From NCBI GenBank assembly GCA_965603825.1, contig CBFDEM010000025.1, positions 248,001-312,000 of the forward strand: DNA of 64,000 nt. Direction: 5' to 3'. Of this stretch, positions 46,110-58,844 are shown one piece after another. Within the stretch, counting starts at the first letter, position 1, and the number at the start of each line of letters is the position of its first letter. Under the pieces are notes generated by a model. It ran no database searches, was not told where the DNA came from, and worked only from the letters and a program-made list of their open reading frames with translations. The position numbers were made by a program, and so were the translations under genes. This stretch comes from Blepharisma stoltei ATCC 30299 (Eukaryota > Protista > Ciliophora).

Positions 46110-47834
46110 TTAATTTGAAATAATTTTTGTGTCAATAATTCTGAACCCATCAGGCGCCACTTCTATTCCAAATTCAAAAAGAGATTCATAGCTTAATAAT
46201 AACTTTTTCAAATTTTCCCATCCCATAGACCCAATAAATTGAGAGCAATCTTCTTCATTAAGAATCAGCCGAATCACACTTTTTACATTTTCACTTCCAT
46301 CCCATAAGAAAATTTCAAATTTGCATTTTATTTCTGTTTCATCTCCACATTGACAAAACTGGAAGCAAGTTTTCGCTTTGCATGTGCTACAGTACATCCC
46401 TTCAGCTTCTCAAGGATTTTCAGGCAGGATTTTAATAATAAATCCTTGAACTCGACATTTAGCATTCATATCAATATGTTTTAACCTTTCGTAGGAATAC
46501 ATAGGAAATGAGTATAGAGAAGGATTTATTTGAGATCTTTTAATTATCTGATAACTTGGCATGTATCCTTTTAAAATGGCATTTAATTCTTTAGATTTTT
46601 CAGGGATTAAAGGAATTTTATTGCTGTTCATGAATTCTGGGATGATTAGAATGTCAGACTGCTTTGTGAGAAAAATTCTTCCATTTTCAAAGATTGCATT
46701 TGTGATTTGCATAGTGTCAGAATTTTTTATGTATTTATAAGCATTTTCTTCTGATTTTTGAATTATGGCTTGACATATTGATGCTTGGTCATATCCAACT
46801 AGCGCTGATGGGCTATTTTCTCGTATGCCCATTTTGTAAATTCCATACACTCTAAAAACTATATTAGCTTCTTCATTTTTATTAATCATGCTTAATCTTT
46901 TTGAGTTTCTTCCTAAAGGATTATTGTTCGCAAAAGTGCCTATAGTCCATTCTCTCACGTTTTTCATAATGATTTCATGGTCCTTATCTGGTTTAAAAAT
47001 ACTTTTATAGCTTCCATACGGATTTGAATGGCTATTTTCCAGATCAAAAACAAATCACTTTGAAGAACTTCTTCCAGCAGACAATCTCCCGCTCACCTCT
47101 CCATTTTTGCATCTAAATTGGCATTGATGTAAATAGACTATATCTCCTAAAGCACGAATTTTAATCATTTCTCGGGGGCTATGATGAAAAATGGTGACAT
47201 CAATACTTTCAGGGTAAATTGATAAATCGGTGATTTGGATCATTGCAATAAAATCTTTTATATGCGAAATATTATATGAACTGGTTGAATGAAGTATTGT
47301 CCCATAGCAATTCGCATAAAATCCGCTTTCATTTGAGTGTTCTATTATATACTTAAGATTGCAAAATTTAGGAGATTTTGGATCAAAATGTGGAATCTTG
47401 ACTTTGTAAAGATCTTCAATAGAAATTTTATTTAAATTTGTGTGTTCGTCAATTTGTAAAGTATTTGATTTATATGATAATTCGAGAGATGGAATTTGGC
47501 CATCAGTGATATGAATAAATCATTGAAAATCAGAGCCGTGATTTGTGATGTTTGGGCCATGAATAAAATCTGGGAAATACTGGCTTACTTGTGAGTAATC
47601 AGTGCTGATAACGAAATCAGAAACTTTTATGCTTGTATCTTTCCGAATGCGTTCAAAGCATTTTGCAAATAATTCCCCTTCGAGAATAATATTAGCCTTT
47701 GAGCCATTCGAATCTTTAATAGCAATTCTCATTAATTGCTCATGCAAATTGCTAGTAGATTCAATTTTTGCAGAGATAGTTTGCTTTATAAAGCCCGCCT
47801 GCAAATTTTTTAATGACATTTTTATTAAATTCAT
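46110..47834 (-). CDS. POT1/TEBP-alpha-like multi-OB-fold ssDNA-binding protein (574 aa)
   Basis: Four ORFs join via TGA; NCYGTI..KDFIAMIQITDLS..VTIF..LGDIVYLHQ..NG..SKWFVF; C-terminal CSTC..CQC zinc OB with FLWDGS. Confidence 0.78.
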
Positions 47835-48261
47835 TTCTTTGACACTGTTCTTAAAGCTCTTTTAGAATTCAATTTTTATCAAGACTCTACTCAACTGTAC
47901 TTTTAAGCTTACAAGTCTTAAGTGGTATAATTTTGCATTGTTTTTTAGATAAATAGTCAAATTAGAATCGATATGAGAACTAAAAAACTTAATTTTATTA
48001 TCATGTAAAGTATAATTTTATATATTATATATTTATATAATACTAAAAATCAGCCATAAAATTAATTTGCATCGTCTATTCAAGTCATGCTTTAAATAAC
48101 CAATAAATATTTAATCAGTAAATGCAGAAATTCATTTTAAAATTAAAGACATTTTTAAACTTCATTACATTAAAATTAGCTATGCTTTCTATTTATTTAA
48201 GATTTATTTTTTACAATTCTATATTTATAATTTAGCAACTCTATATTTATAATTTATCAAT

Positions 48262-50961
48262 ATGAATACTGATAGATTTATTTGTAAAAAATGCTACCAT
48301 TATGCACTATTTCAAACTAATTTCAAAGATTTTTTCTGTCACAAGCACTCAAAGGATCTCTGTGAGGTCAGCACACAAAATGTATTGGAAAGGATAAAGC
48401 ATTCTGTAAACCAAAAATCGAAAGAAATTATCAAAAACTTTATTATAAATGCAATTAGCTGTATTGAAAGAGTATTAGAGCTCATTAACAACCTTCCTGA
48501 AGGAGATTACAATAAGGATGATAAAAATAGTATTGAAAACTGCATCAATAAGCTAAAGGCATTGCTGGAAAAATGCTCAAAAACAGATTTCGTTGAAGCC
48601 AAAGCGTTTTATTTACCTTTAGAGTATTTTTTGATAAGGCTATCTGATGATGCCTATAAGTTCACAGAAAATGTTTTTGTGCCTGATTTAAATGAAGATA
48701 TAAGCTATCAAGCAGAAATGTGACTAAAATTTACTGATTATATATTCAATTGCAATTATTTCAAAATATTGGATTATGAGTGAACCTGAGCTTATTATCA
48801 CTCAAGCTTTAAGAGGCTCAATGATTTATTATGAGTGGGTCTTTATCAAGCTACAGAATATTTACTTATATATGAGTATGAATCAGCACAGCAATGTATG
48901 GAATCATGCAAAGAAATTTGCAAAGAAATAAGTTTTCCTCATCAAATTGATGAATATATAATTGAGGCATTTTTGCTAGTCATAAAACTTGATCAGATTT
49001 ATAAAAGTCCAAAATTCAGCAAAGGGTTACAAAAAGTAGAGAATAAAATAATTAGTGCAGGCAAAATGACGAAGCTAAAGATGTTTTATCATATTTTCAT
49101 GAACATCTTTCTTTATCTTAACGATCTTCAATCTTCCAAAATGTATGCAAGAAAATTGCTTAATCATTTTGATAGCATTGAAGCCTATTTACTTTTGTCA
49201 AATATTTATGTTTCAAATTTAGATTTGAAAAAATCAAGAAAATATTTAAAGAAAGCCTACTTGTTGATCAAAAAATACATGAAAAAAAGTTTTTTGACTA
49301 AAGCAATAATTTTACAAGAGTTAGGAATAATAAGCATATATCAAAATCAAAAAGAAAAAGCTGCTAAATATTTTAAAGTTGCAATTAGACATCTTAGAGA
49401 GGTCAAGTCAAATAATCAGCTAATAGCTTTTCAAAAGCAATATTATTTAGCCAAAATACTTTTACTTCAATCAGATTTTAAAGAGTCTTTTGATATCTTT
49501 TATAAGGAAATTTTTCATTTTTTTAAAAAACCAAATAAATGAATATCTGCAGAGCTGATAAAATATCATCAAGAATATGTTTGGCTTTTTTATTCAATGG
49601 ATCTTATATCCGAAGCAAGAAGTGAGATTTTGAAAAATATAAAAATATGAATTGATATGTTTTTACGATGGAATCATCCAATTTTATTCTGAGTTTATCT
49701 ACTAAGTTCAGCAATTGCATTTCGTTCTGGCTTATGAGATGAATGCAGGACCTATCTAAAAAGTGCTAAGAAAATCATTAAGTCAAATCGTTTTCATAAT
49801 ATAAAATTTCTTCGAACTTTAATTGATGAGCATTTGGGATTTTTATATATAAAAATAAATGACTTAGACCGAGCTGAAAAATTATTAAAGCGTTGCATAC
49901 AGTCTTATGAAGCGCCAGAGTGTCACCCAATCGTTGACTTATTTTGGCTTACGTATTCTTTAAACGGAATAAATCTTAAAAAACAAAATTTCATCAAGTC
50001 ATTTGAATATTTATTAAAAGCCCAGAAATTCTGAGATTCTAAACATAAATTAAAGTCCCATTCTTGTGAAATTCAGATTAAATTGCCATGGCTTTCGACC
50101 TTTCAAAATGAACAATTTGCAAAGCAATTTAAAGATCTTTATACTGTTGAAAAAAAAATTCTGGAAAAAGGAGAATATCATTTAGCACATCCTGAATTTG
50201 ATTTACAATCTTTCTCTAAAAATATTGAAAATGAATATAATTTTTTACACAGGCTTGGAAACTTATCAGAGCATTTTGTAAAATATTACAAATTAGCACA
50301 TATTGGAGATGAAATGATTTGTATAAGAGATCAAATTAAGGGAAACTTATATGAAGAGATTATTGAAAGAAGTAAAAATGGAATTTATTGGACTGAAAAG
50401 GAACTCATAGCTATGGCTTCTTTTTTATCTGAGTCTTTAGCCATTCTTCATGAAAATTACATTTATCATGGAAATTTGGATCCCTCATCAATTCTAATTA
50501 GTCTTAATGGCGAGTGAAAAATTGGAAACTTTTTAGAGGCAAAGCAGTTTTGGATATATAGCAGCACAAACAAAATACTGGAATTTGATAAAAATGACTG
50601 AGTAGACTTAAGCAGTGAAAACTCCAAAGATGACAATTTACGCCTTAAAACTAAAATTCCTATTGAGAGAAAAGAAGTCTATTTATTGGGGAAAATAATT
50701 TGAATGGCAGCTTCATTGAAGTCTTTTGATCCAACCACTTTTATTTTAGACACCACTATTAAAGAAAAATACAGTCGAGACTTCCAAAAATTTATAGACT
50801 TGATGCTTCTAAGACTTAGTGATAATTTGTATTGACCTTATATGAGAGACATTAATCTCAAAGCCAGGAACCTTCTCAAAATTTCCACACCAGAAAACTA
50901 CCTTATAGATCTTGAGCTACAAAGACTAAATTTAATTTTGAAGGAGCGCAATTTCCACTAA
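48262..50961 (+). CDS. 899-aa protein: N-terminal Cys/His motif, TPR-like helical repeats, C-terminal pseudokinase
   Basis: Continuous 2700-nt frame with 13 TGA; YHGNLDPSSIL, WKIGNF, EVYLLG kinase remnants. Confidence 0.82.
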
Positions 50962-51088
50962 TACAATTTGCTTATTTTAAATCCGTCTTGAACTTCATAT
51001 TATAAACAATCATAGAAATAGCCAATAATTAGATAATAATTATAATAGATAGAAAGCCTTATTTATAGAAATCTATAATAATAGTAAA

Positions 51089-54000
51089 ATGTCTCTAACA
51101 GCTCGACTACTCGCTACAAGTTTTTATGATGATGAATGCCAAGCAGGAATGGAAGAGAACGTAGAGATGAAAGATATGTCAAATGATATCCAAAAACATC
51201 TGGGCTTAAAATTCACTTTAGGTGAGCTCTTGGATTGTAGTGCTTTCAGCCCAGATGGCAAATATTTGTGCTTTACAACTGATACGAATGTTTTATATGT
51301 AATAGCAAATATCGAAGAACGATTTTGGACAGCTGAGATTGCAAGAAGCAGGGAAATAGGCAGACATCCAAGCATTAGGAGTCCATCTATCATTCAAAAT
51401 CAACAAATAACGCCTTACACGCTTGGAAGGAGAATAAATATCATCAAGATGAGGCAAGACCCAAAGACCAATGCTTATATAATTGGCTGTTCTGGAACTA
51501 AGGCCATAACTATATTTGAACTCAATGAAGGCATCTTAACCAAAATATATGAGAAGACAATTGAAGTCAGCTCGGCTGCTTTAGAAATCACAGAGGATAT
51601 GGCAATTCTTCATAACACCAATAGAGAAATCAAAAAAATAACATACACAAAAGTCAACAACGTATATGATTTTGACGACGATACAATTGCTTTCTCAGTT
51701 AGAGACTCTACTGCGATTTCATCTTTTGAAGGAATAATTGCTTCAGGGAATTCAAAAGGAATAATCCATAGATTGAGGCCAGATAATGATTGGCCTTTGG
51801 AAATTGCATGGGATGTACATGATGGCATGCCAATACGAATATGAGCAATTAGCTATTATAAAACATATATAATAGCTGGCTATGACAATGGATTTGTCTA
51901 TATGTATAATGACTATATAACTGAAATTAGAAAAATAAAGTCATTTAAGGCACATGACGACGTCGTAAGATTTATCGTTCCAAACCCTTTCAGTAACTAC
52001 ATTCTTACTGCAAGCAGAGATGCGACAATTAAGCTTTGAAAAATCCATAAAGACTGCATGAAAGAGACATATCTCCATAATTCTTCTTCAAAAGGGCAAG
52101 AAAAACATTTCAGGTCAATAAATTTCTCTTCTAATGGCATTAATCCTGAAATTACAATTGCTACAAGAAGTGGGAAGGTTTTAAAGTATTTATCTCCTGA
52201 ATATCTCGACTCCGAAACATGCCTGGTAGAAAACAATGAAGAGATTTATCATTTGTGCTCTCACGAATCGAATTTGATCTCTTTCGCAAGGGATAAAGAA
52301 ATTAAAGTTCTAGAAAACATTAGAGAAGAATGCGAAAATTATAATTTCACTTCTTCTAATTCTAGATTAAGGCAAGGTGGAGCAATAACCACAGATGTAC
52401 CAGAAAAGCCAATGAGCATAAGTCCTGATGGAAGCCAGCTTTTGTATTGTGCTGATGGGAGACTGATAAAAGCTGATTTGCATACTAGTAGAGTAGTTCA
52501 AGAACCTCAAATTGAAGATGCAGTGATTTCAATAATTACTTATGAAGATAACGGAGAATTTTATGCTTTCACAGGGCATAAGGGGCATTGGATTCGGCAA
52601 TGGCGAATAAATGATATAACGACTCCGATCGCAGAGACTAAAGTTCATACTTCTCGAGTGAGATGTCTTGCACTGGCTAAGATTGAGGAGAAATCCCCCT
52701 TAGACGCCTCACCTAGAAGTACTAAAATTTTATTTTCAGGCGGGAAATGCACTATTATAGGGTACAGAATAGACCAAACTGATATGATGACCAGAGTGAA
52801 AGCTCATTCTAAATATATAAATGACTTGAAGGTCACCAATGACTGCTCTCTGCTTATTTCTTGCTCTGATGATTGTTTGGTGCTGATATGGAGTATAAAC
52901 TTCAGCTTTGGCTATAACGAGCTTAGTCTTGCAAAATTAAAGCAAATTTCTTACCATCAAGAAAGAGTTACAAGTTTGCTAATTAATGACAAGCATTTTA
53001 TGGCGTCTTCATTTGATGGAAAAGTCTCAATATGAAACATATCAGATTTTTCTCTTTGCTTAAGCTTGAATTTTGATGAAAAATGCAGCTCTGTTGTTTC
53101 TTTGTCAAATAACTCTATCCTTGCAGTTGCAGCAGGAAAGAAAATCATTGTTTTAGACAACCCTGTTTCAACTAGAAAATTTTTAATATTTGGAGAGCGA
53201 AGCAAAATAAGAAAATTCATAAAATATATATACTCAGCTTACAGCTCAAGCCCTCCAGAGCATGATGTAGAGATGGATAACTTTTTTATAGCAAAATACC
53301 ATATGAATATTCTACATATCTATGCTGACAGAGACTTGGCAGAGCATTTGACACTAAGTTTAAAAGCTGATGGACCATTTTCAGCAACTATTCAAAACGA
53401 AACACCCCTCAGCTTAAGTTTGAAGAGTAGGCATAGAGACTGTATTAATGCAATCTTAGATAATATAAATAAAAGAATCATCGAATCCCCTAAAACTGCT
53501 TCTTATTTAGAAGAGAAATTAGATGTCCTTAATGAAATCGGTGCAAGCTCACTAGATGAGTTTTATACATCTATTTTCATTAAGAGAGAAAATGAAGTCG
53601 AAAAATTTGTTACAAAATACAATAGACTCCCTAAAATTATTTATTCAGAAACCTTTGTGCCTTTAAAAAGAAACTTTGAAGAGGAAAATAAATTTACTTT
53701 TGGACGCCATGGCACCCCAATTGTCTTCTTTGTCAGCGCTGTTCAGGTAAATATGATATGGACCCAGACCTTGATATATTTCACCTATCTTACTCTATTA
53801 TCGCTTTATTTTATTTTCTTTAATGATACGTGGGGTTTCCTCTATTTGATATCTGGCTTCAACATGATTTTATTTTTAATTGAAGTAGCGCACATGAAAG
53901 TGGACTTTCAGGCCTATGCCAAGGACAAGTGGAATTATTTTGACATTTTAAGGGACCTTTGTATGTTTGTTTACGTAATAATCAAGGAAATATTGGAAAT

Positions 54001-54730
54001 TAATGATGGTTACTTAGGCTTGCTATTAATTACAGTTGTAGTATTGTCTTGGGCTAAAGGAATCAGCTATTTCCGAGTGCATAAGTCGACAAGATACATT
54101 GTAAATTTGTTCTCCAATGTAATCAAAGATATGATTTCTTTTGTGATTTTTCTTTTCTTTTTAGACATTGCTTTTGTGGTCATCTTTATTGCCATAGACT
54201 TCTTAGAGCATAATGAAATCCAATCAATTGGTAGCTATTTTATATCAATTTATTTATTAAACTATGGCGATTTCAACACAGATGACTATACCACAATTAA
54301 ATGGGTGTTTTGTTTCTTCGCAACACTGTGCAATACCTTAATTATGCTCAACCTTTGCATTGCAATTATTGGAAATTCGTTCACAAAAGTCCAAGAAAAT
54401 CGCGTAATTGCTGACCAGCTGGAAATGATTGATATAATTTTAGAATGCGAACTTTTAATGGTTACAAGAAGGGATAAAGGAATAAAAAAATATTTGCAGA
54501 TGTGCAGTGCAAAGGATTCTAAAGAAGGAAAACAGGATAAGATTGAAGAAATGCTGGATGAAATGAAAGGAAATTTATCAAAAGCAATTGAAGAATTGTC
54601 AGGGAAAACTGATAAGGTTGTTGAGGGGAAGCAGGATATTGCAGAATTAAAAGAAATGGTCCAAGCATTATTTAGGAGACAGCAATCAGAAAATGCTGCA
54701 GAAATTAGGAGAGAACATTCAATTAATTAA
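51089..54730 (+). CDS. WD40-repeat plus ankyrin-like plus 6TM TRP-like cation channel (1213 aa)
   Basis: SRDATIKLW, SDDCLVLIW, SFDGKVSIW; ETPLSLSL; WNYFD, YGDF pore, MLNLCIAIIGNSF; C-terminal coiled coil. Confidence 0.9.
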
Positions 54731-54833
54731 TAAATCCTTTATAATCTTTCATTAATTTAAGACAATTAAAACACTTTTATTATAAATTTATTTATAATCC
54801 GTAAATTAATTAAAATTTACGATCTAATCTATA

Positions 54834-56027
54834 CTAAATATGCATTTTTTTGGAATAAATCTTCATCAATTCTCTTTCTGCAAGCTTTATTTGTTCCAAT
54901 AGCAGCATTCTTTGGCCTATTCCATATCTCACTGCCACATTTTCTCTCAAATTCTCCTTCGAAGATAGCAGCCTTTGCAAATCTCTCAGGCTATATTTGC
55001 TTCCGCTCAAAATTTCACTAACTTCCTTTAAATATTTTTTTAACCCAACCTCATTTCCTTTTCCTTCAGCCAGGAAGTCCAAAAATCTCTTATTGACTTC
55101 GTAAGAATTCAAAGTCCATTGGCATTTTTCTTTCATCTTCTTTTCATTGCATTTATCAGTTGTTTTCTTAATGTAAAACTCTTCCAAATAATTTTTTTCA
55201 AGCACAAACCCATGCTTGAAAAGCATCCCATTATTTGGGTCTTCATCATATTCAATGCAAAACTCTTGACCAGCTTTAAAATTCATCTGAGCCATCACAG
55301 CAGCCCACTTGTCTTTCATAGTCATCGCTGGAAATATAAAAGGCTTCCTATCTTTAATTGGGACTGTACAATGGTTGACATTTTCAGCAACAGGGTAGAG
55401 CCCTGTTGTCCTAATTGCGTAGTCGTCTGGGACCACTTCTTCCCCTCTGCCAATTTTTATCAGTGCTAATGGATAGGACCAAGTTCTAGAAATCACAGCT
55501 CCATAGCCCCACTGAAACCATTTCAGCTCCAACAGCTCTTTCGGCACAAAATCAAGTTTTTCTAAAATTTGCTTTGCTTTGAGAAACTCATCTTTTAATA
55601 TAAAAGAGTGGTTATACTCAAAAAATTCAATTGAATACTCATGCATCCATTGTCTTTCTGTCTCATTCCACAGGCCAAAAGTGTTATAAGACTCTGGGAT
55701 AATTTCAGTAAACGTTTTTGTGAGTGGTTTGGTAGGGGCAGTTGAGAATCTATCCCAAAGCAAACGGTAAGCCAAAAGGCCTTCTGAAGATAATAAGTCT
55801 TTGAGGTAAGGAGATAGCGGGTATGGATCATGAGAATTAATCACCCAGTCTATCGGGATTATCATAGAAGGAGTTCCTTTTGGGATATCTCTTGCAGCCA
55901 TTGCACCAAAGCCTCTTCAGTCGCCAAAGTCAACTATGGATACAGGCCAAAAACTTATATCAAGGCCTAAAGTGTCAATTCCATAAGAAGTTATTGCAAA
56001 ACTCATAAGGAACAGAATGGTAGCCAT
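54834..56027 (-). CDS. SET-domain (Rubisco LSMT/SETD3-like) methyltransferase with N-terminal signal peptide
   Basis: WRGFGAMAARDI, VISR, ENVNH, IEYD..N..LFKHGFV; start extended through TGA to ATG 56027. Confidence 0.85.
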
Positions 56028-56057
56028 TTTTGTAAGAAAATTCTTGGACTCAATTAA

Positions 56058-57158
56058 TTAATTTCCCACATTATTTATATTTTTATGTGAATCTCGATAT
56101 CTCAGTGAGTGCATTTGCTCGACATAGTAGAAATTCTTCAGTGACTCAATTGGTGATAAATGGCTTAGCAATATAAAAGGTTTCACCCTCTCCCCAATTC
56201 TCTTATGAGATGACGAATTTTTAAATTCATTACCTCTTGACCCATGCTTTACAAATGCAGTTTTTGAGTGGCGCTTCTTTTCCTCTTCTCTTCTAACCTT
56301 AAAATGAGGTAACAGTCTCACATCTCCATTTCCAGAGCTCGTTCTTGGAGAAGGCAATTCGCTTTCATCGTCGTCTGAGCCATTCAAATAGTAAGAGTTA
56401 TGGTCTCGTGGCCCAAAAAACAAGCTTTTTGCAGGTCCTTTTTCTCTTCTCTCGTCAACATTGTTTTTTCTCTGTTGTTTTGCCTCAAGAGCTTTCATAG
56501 ATAATTCCCTGACTGGTGAAGTTTTGTCTTCTAATATTCCTTTCCACATTCTGTCGTGGTAATATTTAGCTCTATCTAGATCTCCAAGATAATAATATTG
56601 CATCCCGATATAGTCATAAGCCAAAAGTTCCCATTTTATACTATTCTGAGACCATGCCAGCTGCAGCAATTTTTTGAAATTAATCAAGGCAAGCCTATAT
56701 TCTTTAAGCAGTTTGTAACAATGTCCAAGCTGCTTATAAGCAAGCATTTTGTCCTTATAGTCTTTGTTTTGTTCGGCAAGGTTCTTCTGCTGCTGGTAAC
56801 AAATAAGAGCTTCTTTTACGTTATTATTGTCAAGGAAAATATCACCCTTGAAGCTGAAAGTAGACTCCAGGCCTTTCATATCATTTGCGTTGTGCATCAT
56901 TTCTTGAATTTTGTCAGTGGCCTGGAGAGCGCCTTTGAAATCACGCTTGCTCCAGTGCTCTTTGGCTGATCTTCAATAGTATTCTACTAAAACTGAAGCC
57001 TTGATTTCTGTTTGGTCTTTGGTTTGAGGGTTTTTTTGCTGAGATTCTGATGACTGTTCTTGGATTGATTCATGAGAAATTACAGAATTGGCATCACTTA
57101 GGGAGTTATGGGATCGGGATGTATTTCCTTTTTTTAACTTTGGAAGGGATTTTTTCAT
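56058..57158 (-). CDS. TPR-repeat protein (366 aa)
   Basis: Joined via TGA at 56973; AYKQLGHCY, AYDYIGMQYYYLGDLDRA. Confidence 0.85.
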
Positions 57159-57190
57159 AGATATTTATTATGAAGTGATAACTGATATAA

Positions 57191-58378
57191 TTAGATTAAC
57201 TTGAAAAATTTTGAAATTAACCATTCCGATTTCTTGAATTTGCCAGGAATTGTAGATGCATTTTCGTCTGAAATTATATAATCTGCTTCACAGCTTGAGC
57301 CTATTACAGTTCCACCGAGACTTTCAACAATTGCACGATAAACTTCTATTTTAACATCTATGGCTTCTTCATTTCCACATAGGAAAAAAATGCTTTTTCC
57401 TTTGAGAACTTGGCTTTTCAAAATTTGAAAAAGCTCTGAAACTCCCTTGGTGTAAAATCACAAGAATCTGGCCTTGTGAATTTTACTCACAATTTTAAGT
57501 ATGCACGGAAACTGATCTTCTTTGTCAATAAATAATTTTTTTTCATCAACTACAGTTAGTCCTTTAAAGTAAGTGTAGGACTTAACCAGCTCTTGATATT
57601 TACTTGAATTTTCATATTCACTGTGCTCTTGAGGACAAGGAATATATTTCATGCTTTGGATAACATTACCTTGATCTTCCATTCTCCAGTGTCCTATATT
57701 AGTATCAATAATTAGTGTATCATTTGATTCAAGTCCAAGCTCTGATAGTGATCTTTCTGCACTTTTTGAGTGATGAACTCTACCTTGGAAGTAATTTCAA
57801 TATGGGTCAACTGCCTTGAGAATTTCATGCAAATAATTGTCACTAATCTTCGTAATTAAATGTAAAATTGCTTTTTGATTTAGGCTTCTCAAAAAAGAGT
57901 CTAAATTGTGCCGAATAGCTATAATATAATACACACTCCCAGCAGAAAAATAAATCGATTTAAAGCATTGGTGATATTGATTTCTTAGCCTCTTAATTTC
58001 CGCCTGTATTGTTTCTTGATTGTGAGAAACTTTCGGATGAATCTTATAGATCATTGATTCTAAATCAATAATAATATTAAGCTTTTTCGTTTTAAGTGAA
58101 GGGATATTATAGGAATTTAGGTCGTTTTGCTTAATCTCGTAGATGTTTTCTCTTCAGACTTTATCTTTAAACCGAGGATCGACATGGCATGCTGATGACG
58201 ATGTTAACGGAATCTGGATTGGTGGGGTAGAGTTTTGAGGATGCACAATTAATGATTCCTGAGAAGCCTCTAGTCCTAATTCTGAATAATTTGACGTCAG
58301 AAAATTAGAATTTCCAGATCTACTGTAGTTATTTTGCAAATCCATTATAAAATCTATATTAATTTTACGCTTCTGCAT
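57191..58378 (-). CDS. FCP1-like HAD phosphatase plus BRCT domain, degenerate active site
   Basis: KLNIIIDLESMI, VDPYWNYFQGRV, LIIDT, C-terminal ESLGG..SEWL BRCT; start may instead be 58345. Confidence 0.75.
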
Positions 58379-58844
58379 AATCACTATTATTTTTCGTCTA
58401 GTACAGGTTTCGATATTTCTGCTGATTTTCTCAAAAAATATTTATCTCTGAAAATAAATAATTGCAAATCGCCAAACTGATTAAGAAAATGGAAAATTAT
58501 TGGGGAAAAGTCGTCATCAAATCTACCAGTTTCGATTTTAACGATTTACCACAAATATTCGCTGATAATTTCCCAGCTAAGCCTTAATATCCCAGGCATC
58601 AAATTTTCCAGCATTACTATCTTATTGCTGAAGAATTAAAAAACGTCCAGAAATTTCCTATATAAAAATGCATTATTCATCTGAATTATGGCGTTTTAAC
58701 ATCTAATTTTCCTATTTCATTATATAGACTTTTTGATCGGGCTATGATGCTCACTAAGGAGCCCTTTATACTTATCCTTTTTTTGAGTACTGGATTGCTT
58801 AAATCTGGGATAATTAATTAATAAAACCATGGCAATATTTAAAT

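Noticed and set aside
53747-53761. Possible tiny intron GTAAATATGATATGG in the channel gene
   Set aside because: No AG at position 15 or 16, and the frame is open without splicing
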